A DNA stretch of 17,363 nucleotides from Octopus sinensis (Eukaryota): NCBI RefSeq assembly GCF_006345805.1, contig NW_021824980.1, positions 1 through 17,363 of the forward strand, in the 5' to 3' direction. How positions within the stretch are numbered: position 1 is the first letter of the stretch; the number at the start of each line of letters is the position of its first letter. Under the pieces are notes generated by a model, which did no database searches, was not told the origin of the DNA, and saw nothing but the letters and a program-made list of their open reading frames with translations. Shown here piece by piece: positions 8,507-17,363 of this stretch. The position numbers and the translations under genes are program-made.

Positions 8507-8573
8507 GGCGGCGAGCTGGCAGAATCGGCGGCACGCCGGACGAAAGGCTTAGCGGCATTTTGTCCGTCTTTAC
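8507..8573 (+). mobile_element. SINE family A head only
   Basis: GGCGGCGAGCTGGCAGAATCGGCGGCACGCCGGACGAAAGGCTTAGCGGCATTTTGTCCGTCTTTAC, homologous to 8273-8340. Confidence 0.9.
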
Positions 8574-8792
8574 AGACACAAAGACATACACAGACACACA
8601 TATATATATATGTGTGTATGTAAGTGTATGTGTGTGTATCCCACAGGATTCTTCCAGTTTCCGTCTATCACATCTTCCCACATGACTTTGGTCGGCCCGA
8701 GGCTGTAGCAGAAAACATCTACCCAAGGTACCAGGCAGTGGGACTGAACTCGGAACCATGTGGTTGGGAAGCAAAGCTCTTACCACACAGTC
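8574..8792 (-). mobile_element. SINE family B left half with internal microsatellite, inverted
   Basis: Reverse complement CTGTGTGGTAAGAGC...GGTTCCGAGTTCAGTCCCACTGCC...CCTCGGGCCGACCAAAG...AGACGGAAACTGGAAG matches 14878-15025. Confidence 0.92.
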
Positions 8793-9016
8793 AAATTAAT
8801 ATTGATGTAGTTGTTGTTGTTGTCGGCCTATATTTGTTTATATACGTCTCTCTATTTTCCAGTTTACATATTTAATTACTAATTATCACAGTTCATTAAA
8901 TTCACAATCACAACTTTATTTTATATATTTTCCTTTTTAATCCAACAATCCGAGTGTTTACACATCGACAAGTCATGTGAAAACCATAAAACCATACATA
9001 ATCAATCTGACATACT

Positions 9017-9032
9017 ACACTACTACTACTAC

Positions 9033-9066
<34 letters not shown>

Positions 9067-9195
9067 TGATGATGATGATGAGGAGGAGGAGGAGGAGGAG
9101 GAGGGGGATGAGGAGAACGACGACGACAACCACAATGATGTTCATCTTCATTGGGATTATGGTGTTAATGAATAATAATAATAATAATAATAATA

Positions 9196-9240
<45 letters not shown>

Positions 9241-9267
9241 GAAAATTTGAAGAAAGAAGGAAAAAAC

Positions 9268-9300
<33 letters not shown>

Positions 9301-9447
9301 GCAGGCCCCTATTTTTGCTGCTTGTGTCTTTATTATTGTTGTTGTTGTTGTTGTTGTTGTTATTGTTGTTCTTGTTGTTGTTGTTGTTGTTGTTCTTGTT
9401 CTTGTTGTGGTGGTGGTGGTGGTAGTGGTGGTGGTTATGGTTGTTGT
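9017..9447. repeat. Compound trinucleotide microsatellite cluster: (CTA)(ATA)(GAT)(GAG), (AAT)n, (TTG)(TGG)
   Basis: Directly visible. Confidence 0.95.
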
Positions 9448-9983
9448 TATCGTTTTAAATCACTTTTGCTATTGTTATTGTTATTCTCGCATTTCTTAAT
9501 CAAATTTCCTACGAGTTTAAATAACAACAATAAGAAAGACAAGCACTAACAAACAATATTTTTTAAATGCTTTATGATTGAGTCCGTTGAGAAAATTATC
9601 GATTCCCGCATAAAATTTAGCACTAACTCAATCATCGTTCGATATGAGATGACATCTTAGTTGCTAAACAAATTCTTCATTTAATTCTTCTAGAATTACT
9701 TTAGTCATCGAAGCATTCACCTTGTCAAATGGCAACCCCTGCAACGTGGGTTCTTCAATAGAAATGGTAGTTCTAAGCCAGCAGAGAATAATAGCAGAGC
9801 GTCTTGTCTTTCAAATATATTCAAGTCTGATTAATAAAAGCAATTCCTTCCCGCGAGCCGTCTGTTTTGTTCAGTTTATAGGTCTGATAGGTGTATAAGG
9901 TGTGCGCATGCGTGAATTTATGTGTGGGAGTTACGTGATTGTATATTTATGCGTTTGTGTTTGTGTGTGTGTAAGTATATGTT

Positions 9984-10020
<37 letters not shown>

Positions 10021-10051
10021 GAAAGAATGGAGTTGAACGACGATTTAACAA

Positions 10052-10155
10052 AATTCCTTTATTCTCGACATATGTTTCGAAGGCTGCATATTCCTAATTT
10101 CGAAGGAATAAGGGGTGCATTATGCCGCCTTCTCATCAGGAAAAACAAAGAACTT
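10052..10155 (-). ncRNA. Type I hammerhead ribozyme (self-cleaving RNA), predicted cleavage after C at 10067 (GUC)
   Basis: Minus strand: CTGATGA (10139-10133); stem II GAAGGC/GCCTTC (10132-10127/10084-10079); GAA (10078-10076); stem III AC-ATAT-GT; C17. Stem I TTCTTTGTTTTTC pairs with GAGAATAAAGGA, with a small internal loop. Confidence 0.85.
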
Positions 10156-10633
10156 ATGTCAGCATAATATATATATATATATGTATACATACATACATAT
10201 TTATGTATATGGATATATGGACATGTATATATGCTCGAAACGTCAAATATATATGTGTGTGTGTGTGTGTGTGTGTAGCACCTGTTGTTATGTCCTGTTA
10301 TTTGTATTTATGTAACATTCTCCGTTTATTCTGTCCTTGTTTTCGTATACATTCGCTGCTTTCTTTCAAGGAATCTAATGGTCTTAGTGGAGGTGGTAAA
10401 ATTCAGGCTACATACGTTTCCTAGTCAGCAGATCCTCTAATGTAATAATTACTCAATGAGGGGGTACTCAGCTAGCTACCCATCAGGCAGAAGATATCTG
10501 GGAAAAGCCTACTACCTTCGACGCCAAAGATTTATTATTGTTCCTGAACGTTGTGTTTCATACCTACCACTAACTGCTCGAAGTTTACAAACTTCTTACA
10601 CTTAGATCTTTGGATCTTATGATTACATATCCA

Positions 10634-10722
<89 letters not shown>

Positions 10723-10756
10723 ATCTACCTATATATATATATATATATATATATAG

Positions 10757-10788
<32 letters not shown>

Positions 10789-10795
10789 CATATAA
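10634..10795. repeat. (TATC)n followed by (TA)n
   Basis: Directly visible. Confidence 0.97.
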
Positions 10796-10889
10796 TTAAT
10801 CACATCTCACTCTCAAAGACGCACCACCACCATCACAATCGCAACCAACTACACACACTTGTTGATAGAACCCTGGAAGGCCTTAAATC

Positions 10890-11255
10890 TAGGCAACTTA
10901 GACCCCACACACATACATTAGCACAAGGTCAAAAACTGAAACAACTAAAACAGCTAACAATAGGCCTTGCCACCCACCTCCATTCTCCAAAAATATAGAT
11001 AGCACATAGCACTCCTTTATAAAAAAACATAGTACTACTCCCAAACACCCTTAAAAAAAGCGGCGTATGCTGTAGTCGGTGGTACACCCCCCCCCATTCT
11101 CACTTAACGTTAAGAACTTAGCTAAATCCTTCTTTAAAATATTAGACTCTAACTTCCCTCGGCAACATAAATATCCTTCTATCTTTAATAGATCCACCCT
11201 GAAACTATTCTATTCTTCCCCACCCAAACTTTTAGAGCAAAGTTTTGACTGCTAT
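10890..11255 (+). mobile_element. Penelope-like element remnant: RT C-terminal region and linker before the GIY-YIG endonuclease, frameshifted
   Basis: [10 protein letters not shown] (10968-10997; cf. SNHPPxxxKNI), then KRR...WYTPP/FSLNVKNLAKSFFKILDSNFPRQHKYPSIFNRSTLKLFYSSPPKL (cf. WFNPP[YF]SxNVxTxxGKxFxxLxDKHFPxxHxxxxIFNRxTxKxSYS). Frameshift lies in the C9 run at 11087-11095. Confidence 0.85.
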
Positions 11256-11281
11256 CTCTAGCTTGACGGTATTTTTAGATA

Positions 11282-11502
11282 GGCGGCGAGCTGGCAGAAA
11301 CGTTAGCCCGCCGGGCGAAATGCTTTGCGGTATTTCGTCTACCGTTACGTTCTGAGTTCAAATTCCGCCGAGGTCAACTTTGCCTTTCATCCTTTCGAGG
11401 TTGATAAATTAAGTACCAGTTACGCACTGGGGTCGATATAATCGACTTAATCTCCTTGTTTGTCCCCTCTGTGTTTAGCCCCTTGTGGGTAGTAAAGAAA
11501 TA
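11282..11502 (+). mobile_element. SINE family A, full length, with 14-bp TSD
   Basis: GGTATTTTTAGATA is identical at 11268-11281 and 11503-11516. Confidence 0.97.
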
Positions 11503-11923
11503 GGTATTTTTAGATACCCATAATTATGATTTTAATGATATATATGTATATCTAATACACACATATATATATATATAGATATATAATATATATATATATA
11601 TATACACATATGTATACATGTATATTTCTGTGTGTATGTATGTATATTTTTATATAAGAATCATTGTCTATATGTATATAGTGGATTCAGTGTAGTGGAA
11701 TGGTTTAAAAGGTTTACATTACAATAACGTGTTTCAATAAGACTCCGTACGTCTTCATGAAGTCTTTATATTCCAACAATGGATGTAGAACAGTATTTAC
11801 GGTCATGTAACACCAAACAGTTTGAAAATAATACGAAATATATTTGAAAGCAGATAAGAAAAAATACACTCAGAGACGCTATGGAAATAATTCTCAGAAC
11901 ATCCGTTTCTGTTTGTCTGTCTT

Positions 11924-11956
<33 letters not shown>

Positions 11957-12160
11957 GGGGAGGAAGTGAGTGAATGAGTGTGTATCACACGCACAGACAC
12001 ACATAGAGACACGCACACTCACACACACACACATGCACACACACAGTCATTCACATACTTATGTATATATATATAATACATATGCTGCGAGTTGTATTAG
12101 AGAACGTATTTTGTAATTTAATAAAAAATCTCCAATCTAGCAAAAACCCAGCTTTTCACG

Positions 12161-12433
12161 TCATGTGTTAATGGTCAGTCGCCTGTCATCTGTCACCTTT
12201 TGGTGAACATGGCCAATGTTTTCTTCAATCGTAGCAGTTGCAGGACATCCAGGCCTTCGGTCATCTTGAATATTCTCCTGTATCCTCCTAAATTCAGCTA
12301 CCTACTTTTACACTGTTGATAAAGCTGGAGCATCATCCCCTAATGTAGGGATCATATCAGCATGAATCTTCTTGGCGGCTAAACCCATTTTCTGCAGATA
12401 TTTAATAATACTACAATAGCAAATTTTGTTCAT
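12161..12433 (-). pseudogene. Mariner transposase N-terminal HTH region, with in-frame stops
   Basis: MNKICYCSIIKYLQKMGLAAKKIHADMIPTLGDDAPALSTV*K*VAEFRRIQENIQDDRRPGCPATATIEENIGHVHQKVTDDRRLTIN matches the mariner pattern (IH..M...G..A.S.STV..W...F..G...L.D.PR.GRP......NI..V...V..DRR.T). Confidence 0.9.
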
Positions 12434-12461
12434 TTTCAAGAGAAATGTCTACTAGTTCAGT

Positions 12462-12637
12462 GGTTCAGTCCCACTGCATGGCACCTTGGGCAAGTCTCTT
12501 CTACTATAGCCTCGAGCAGACTAAAGCTTTGTGAGTGGATTTGGTAGACGGAAACTGAAAGAAGCCCGTCGTATATATGTATATATATATATATATATAT
12601 ATGTGTGTGGTGTGTGTGTGTGTGTGTGTGTGCGTGC

Positions 12638-12671
<34 letters not shown>

Positions 12672-12866
12672 GTGTATACGTTTGTGTATCCGTGTTTGTC
12701 ACCCAACATCGCTTGACAACCTAGCGGTTCGGAAAAAGAGACCGATTGAATAAGTACTAGGCTTACAAAGAATAAGTCCTGGCGCCGATTTGCTCGACTA
12801 AAGGTGGTGCTCCAGCATGGCCACAGTCAAATGACTGAAACAAGCAAAAGAGTAAAAGAGAATAAA
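12462..12866 (+). mobile_element. SINE family B, 5'-truncated, with ~29-bp internal deletion, inserted in the mariner 5' UTR
   Basis: Aligns to 14918-15325. CTTGACAACC joins directly to TAGCGG. TAGTT flanks both sides (12453-12457 and 12871-12875). Confidence 0.95.
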
Positions 12867-13748
12867 GCTGTAGTTACTTTTGAAGTCGTCTTTCAACAGT
12901 CAGATGTCAGTTTACCTGGAAAGAAACAATGCAGTTATTAAGAAGAAGAGTTGAAATTAACGCATGCAAGATTTCCCAGCCCTAGCATCACTCCTTCATA
13001 ATCAGCCTATGAACTTTTCAGCCTATCCTCGTAGTCTATGAATAATTGATTGTTTATTCCTAATTGTTTTAAATAGCCATTAACTATTTCTAGGTATCTT
13101 TAAATTTTGCAAATTTATTTCGATTTTTCGTTTTTTTTCTTTTTCACTTTACTCTTTTTTCTATGCCATATATACTGTTTAATAGAAAATTTCACAAGGC
13201 GTACTATATTTACGCTATGCCATTCATTGCAAATAAAATTGTTAATTATTTCATTTCTTTATACAGTTTCTCGATCTATATTCTATTGTTCAACGTGTGT
13301 TGGTCGATATTTCATTATATCTTATTTCCTTCGCATGTAATTCAGTCCCATAGATTATTATTTCGAAATAATTCTTTTAAAACCTGTCAGTATTAATAGC
13401 GATGACATCTATATCTATAAATCTATAAAATTAAATTTATATTTTCACAATTAAAATATTAACTTCTTTGTTTTCGAAATTTTTGCTCCTTTAGTTTCCA
13501 AAATTACATAGGTATAAAATTTGCTAAATGTGGAATATCGTTTAATGGCAAAAGAATTGGAATATTTCGGTGAAGAAATCAATTCTTTTAATTTCGAATA
13601 TATACCTTTTATTAAGAATTATATAAATGAAACTTTTATTCAAATTTGGTCTGAGATTTTAATTTAAAAATCCGTCAAATCCATTTGTTTCAGTTTCTAG
13701 TAATTGCCATTTTTATGTTATAACCAAATTCTTAAACGGCTTCTGGAT

Positions 13749-13935
13749 TGCGGCCATGCTGGAGCACCGCCTTGAAGGGTTTTAATCGAATAAATCGATC
13801 TCAGTATTTGCTTTTAAGCCTGGTACTTAGTCTACCTTTCTCTTATTGCCGAACTGCCGAGTTACGGGTACGTAAACCAACTAACACCGGTTTTCAAGCA
13901 GCGATGTAGGATAGACACACAATCAGAGTTATGTG

Positions 13936-13937
<2 letters not shown>
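13749..13937 (-). mobile_element. SINE family B right half, older subfamily, inverted; abuts (TA)n at 13938-13982
   Basis: Reverse complement CTTGAAAACCGGTG...CGTACCCGTAACTCGGCAGTTCGGC...TAAGTACCAGGC...GGCGGTGCTCCAGCATGGCCGCA. Confidence 0.85.
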
Positions 13938-13986
<49 letters not shown>

Positions 13987-14066
13987 AATGCGGTTAGCCA
14001 TAACCTGGATTATAAGTGAGTACTAGTACGGTACCCGCCTGGATAATTTATCCCTATCTATTCGTT

Positions 14067-14290
14067 ATACTCTTTTATACGTTTCAACCCAAAGGCTGTG
14101 GCCATGGTGGAGCACCGACAGTATAATCATCTTTTCAATGGCCATTCTTATGGTCATTTTAGTGAAGGAGGGAGTTCGACATTGCTACTCTCTTTTGAGC
14201 TTCTTGCCGTTAGATAGGTTCATCTGGAAGCTTGGATTATAGTAGTAGGTCAAGATGTTCCTTGAAAACATCTAGCCCTAATATTTTAGC
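14067..14290 (-). mobile_element. CR1/L2-group LINE 3' end (ORF2 C-terminus plus 3' tail shared with SINE B)
   Basis: Translation LDVFKEHLDLLL*SKLPDEPI*RQEAQKRVAMSNSLLH resembles the FK..LD..L...PD.P.......R.A.SNSL C-terminus of CR1/L2-type ORF2. It is followed in the same orientation by GGTGCTCCACCATGGCCACAGCC...TTGAAAC...AAAAGAGTA. Confidence 0.7.
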
Positions 14291-14364
14291 AAGGCATCAC
14301 AACACATTCCACGACACCACAAACCGCAGCAATACTCAACTTACAAGGAAGATCCTTCACAAAG

Positions 14365-14520
14365 AGAAAGAGAGAAAGAGGGGGAGTGAGAGAGATAGGG
14401 AGAGAAAGACAGAGACAGACAGACAGACATACTGATAGATAGACAGCCAGACAGCCAGACAGAAGGAGAGAGAGACAAACGAACTAAGAGACAGAAGGAC
14501 AGAGAGATAGAGAGACAGAG
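14365..14520. repeat. (GA)n/(GACA)n purine-rich microsatellite
   Basis: Directly visible. Confidence 0.9.
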
Positions 14521-14872
14521 CTAAAATCTTTGAATTAATCTGTCCTGTCAATTCCATTCGGTATTCTGCTATATCCCACACATTCTTGTCTTGTTAATCT
14601 TAACAATAAACACAATTTTTCAATATGACATATCGAATCCCTATTATTAGATCGATAATGCAGAAAAGCAGAAAAAGCAGAAATCAGAAATGAAAAGCTA
14701 TGTTGATGTTTTTCTTTTTTTTCTTTTTACATCGAACAAAAACGTAAGGATTGTGTCACTACAAAAATATATATTAATTATGGCATAACTGCGTGTATAG
14801 GTATGAATGAGTTCATTTACGCATGTATAGTGTGTATATATACATATAAACATACATACATACATATATATG

Positions 14873-15325
14873 AGTGGCTGTGTGGTAAGTAGCTTACTTA
14901 CCAACCACATGGTTCCGGGTTCAGTCCCACTGCGTGGCACCTTGGGCAGATGTCTTCTACTATAGCCTCGGGTCGACCAAAGCCTTTTGAGTGGATTTGG
15001 TAGACGGAAACTGAAAGAAGCCCGTCGTATATATGTGTATATATGTGTGTGTGTGTATGTGTGTGTGTGTATGTGTGTGTGTATGTGTGTGTGTGTGTGT
15101 GTATATATATCTGTGTGTCTGTGTTTGTCCCCCAACATCACTTGACAACCGATGGTGGTGTGTTTACATCCCCGTAACTCAGCGGTTCGGCAAAAGAGAG
15201 CGATAGAATAAGTACTAGGCTTACAAAGAATAGGTCCTGGGGCCGATTTGCTCGACTAAAAGCGGTGCTCCAGCATGTCCACAGTCGCATGACCGAAACA
15301 AGTAAAGAGTAAAAAAGTAAAAAGT
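14873..15325 (+). mobile_element. SINE family B, full length (tRNA-like head, internal (TA)/(GT) microsatellite, 3' tail)
   Basis: A-box-like TGGCTGTGTGGTAAG, B-box-like GGGTTCAGTCCC, CCTTGGGCA body motif, and a tail with (A)nGAGTA repeats; flanked by TA-rich microsatellite. Confidence 0.95.
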
Positions 15326-15346
15326 ATATACATATATATATATACA

Positions 15347-15391
<45 letters not shown>

Positions 15392-15496
15392 TTATATATA
15401 TATATATATATAATTATATATATACATACATATATAATGTATGTATATATTATGTATGTATGCATGTATGTATGTGTGTGTATGTAAGCATGTATA

Positions 15497-15668
15497 GGTG
15501 TGGCTGTGTGGTAAGAAGTTTGCGTTCTAACCGCTTGGTTCTGGCTTCAGTGTTCAGTCTCACTGCGTGGCATCTTGGGCAAATATCTTCTACAACTGAC
15601 AACCGGTGTCGGTGTGTTTACGTAACGTAATGATAAGGCAAAAGACACCGATAAAATAAGTACCAGGT
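15497..15668 (+). mobile_element. SINE family B with large internal deletion
   Basis: The head to TCTTCTAC joins directly to (A)ACTGACAACCGGTG...CGATAAAATAAGTACCAGG, so the microsatellite section is missing. Confidence 0.85.
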
Positions 15669-15793
15669 TTATGTGTTTCTTTATGTGCGTGTATTGCTGA
15701 ATGGTAAACCTTTCGTATCTTACCTGTATAAACCCGTGTCTTATGGGTCGGCCGTCATTGGAATTCTCGTTCTTGTAGGGTTCCACTAATTTT

Positions 15794-16032
15794 GTATGTG
15801 TGCGTGAGTGTGTTTGTGTCTTTGTGCGTGTGATTGTCTTCCATTACCGCTTAAAAACCTTTGTCAGTTTTTTTACTGTATATAGCTGTCCAACAAAAGA
15901 GATCGATGGAATAAGTATTTGGCTTAAAAACGAAGTACTAGAATCGATTTGTTCGACTTGAAGTTCTACAAGGCGTTGCCCCAGCTTGACCGCTATCCAA
16001 TCACTGAAACAACTAAGATATAAGGGCAAGAT
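15794..16032 (+). mobile_element. SINE family B right half, old and degenerate
   Basis: GT-rich start, then CAAAAGAGATCGATGGAATAAGTA...TCGATTTGTTCGACT...AGGCGTTGCCCCAGCTTGACCGC...CTGAAACA. Confidence 0.75.
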
Positions 16033-16220
16033 ACGTATATATACATACATCTACACTTGTTTCTGTGCAGGAAATTAAATATATTTTACGTTTCCCCAAC
16101 TCGTTTTTTTATATATATAGTTTCACTTTCATTTCTGACTTTCCTATTGTTTTATTTTTATTATATTTACAAATTTCATCGTTAATTAAAAAGCACAGAA
16201 AACCAAGATCCTCCGAGACC

Positions 16221-16530
16221 ATACCTGGAAGCCATGATCACACGTTGTCGACACTGAAATATTTTGGAATATTTGTGTTTTTTTTTTACTGAGGTGAGCT
16301 TATTAGTTGTTCAAGTTAAGATGGTGGCATCAAAATTAACTGCTTGTCCCTCCAGTCAGACAGACCTGCAGGACGTTCCTTGAGTCTTTCTCCTGAGAAT
16401 GGCCGAACACTATTTCTGTTTTCTCGATTAATGATATACACATGCGTGACCAGTAATCAAATTGCAGGCTTAACTTAGGGCATTGTATGTATGTATGTAT
16501 GTATGTATGCATGCATACGTATATATATAT

Positions 16531-16571
<41 letters not shown>

Positions 16572-16945
16572 ATTTATATATATATATATATACACATATA
16601 TACACATTATATACATATACATACATACATGTGTATATATATACATACATATTTACCATGTTTTTATTCTCGTCATTAATATGTTTTACCATGAGGAAAA
16701 CAATAAATGGAGATTAATTGTGTCTATAGCCAGAAGCAAGGTATCAATGCTATCCACACTGAAACCATTGGATTTTATTTGTTGATCTGTAATTATTGTT
16801 TGTACAGCCAGTTAAGATGGTGTCATTGTGGTCAACAAGTCGTGTCTCCAGATAGACTATATTTCAAGATTTCTTTGAGCTTCCCCCCCCCCCAGCTCCC
16901 ATCTGAGAATGAGCGAACATTTTGTGCTAATGATATAGCTATCTT
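16221..16945 (+). repeat. Two diverged direct copies (~500-bp spacing) of an unidentified element, separated by (TATG)/(TA)n
   Basis: Collinear anchors: GAAGC..G.ATCA, ACACTGAAA, AGTTAAGATGGTG (16314/16810), CTCCAG..AGAC, TTGAG, CTGAGAATG..CGAACA (16393/16903), TAATGATATA (16429/16928). Confidence 0.8.
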
Positions 16946-17002
16946 GCCATTAATGGAAATGGTGAATTTACTTCTAGACTTTAATATGTATATCTCTATC
17001 TG

Positions 17003-17292
17003 TTTTTTTCTCTCTCTCTATCTCTCTCCCTCTCTCTCTATCTCTCTCCCTCTCTCTCTTTCTCTCTCTTTCTCACTCTCTCGCTCTGTCTCACTGTATA
17101 TATGTATAAATACATGTGTGCGTGTGTGTGTATGCATTATTTCTATGTTATCAAGATTACCATTCGTTTCATACCGAAAATCCTTAGCAATTATTAAACC
17201 TGCCTCATGGGAAGATGATTATTGGTGCGGATTGCTGAAAATTTTCGATTTTGAAATCAGCTGTAGTCTTGTTAACCCACAAATAATTAGCG

Positions 17293-17363
<71 letters not shown>
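17003..17363. repeat. (CT)n tract (17003-17090) and terminal (TA)n tract (17293-17363)
   Basis: Directly visible. Confidence 0.95.

Larger units (their letters stand above)
12130..13033 (-). mobile_element. Mariner DNA transposon, 5' part only (TIR, 5' UTR and decayed transposase N-terminus), interrupted by a SINE
   Basis: Minus strand TA|CGAGGATAGGCTGAAAAGTTCATAGGCTGA is a mariner-type terminus (TA at 13032-13033). The transposase remnant is at 12161-12433. Confidence 0.88.

Noticed and set aside
12457-12716. Recurring ORF peptides such as RRASFSFRLPNP and RCHAVG (also 8460-8875, 14698-15148, 15547-15786)
   Set aside because: They are translations of SINE-B sequence, not a protein family.
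15720-15786. CAG|GTAAG donor on the minus strand after a short open frame (EPYKNENSNDGRPIRHGFIQ)
   Set aside because: No credible polypyrimidine acceptor upstream and no recognizable protein; insufficient for an exon call.

Overview
This is AT-rich eukaryotic DNA dense in microsatellites. The repeat families and dinucleotide/trinucleotide density look like an octopus (coleoid cephalopod) genome, which is recalled resemblance and was not searched. I found no intact host protein-coding gene, and almost all listed ORFs are microsatellite read-throughs. The window holds three tRNA-derived SINE families (here called A, B and C; about 16 copies or fragments, three with target-site duplications). 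It also holds decayed fragments of a Tx1/L1-type LINE, a CR1/L2-type LINE 3' end, a Penelope-like element, a 5' mariner remnant interrupted by a SINE, and possibly a Helitron N-terminal region. The most notable signal is an apparently intact type I hammerhead ribozyme on the minus strand (10052-10155). It has every catalytic-core nucleotide, a palindromic stem III, an unusually long stem II and an AATAAA just 3' of the cleavage site, and it lies about 700 bp from the Penelope remnant. Second, the SINE-B 3' tail matches the 3' end of the CR1/L2-type LINE, including a stem-loop with a compensatory pair, which points to its partner LINE. All alignments and folds were done by eye.
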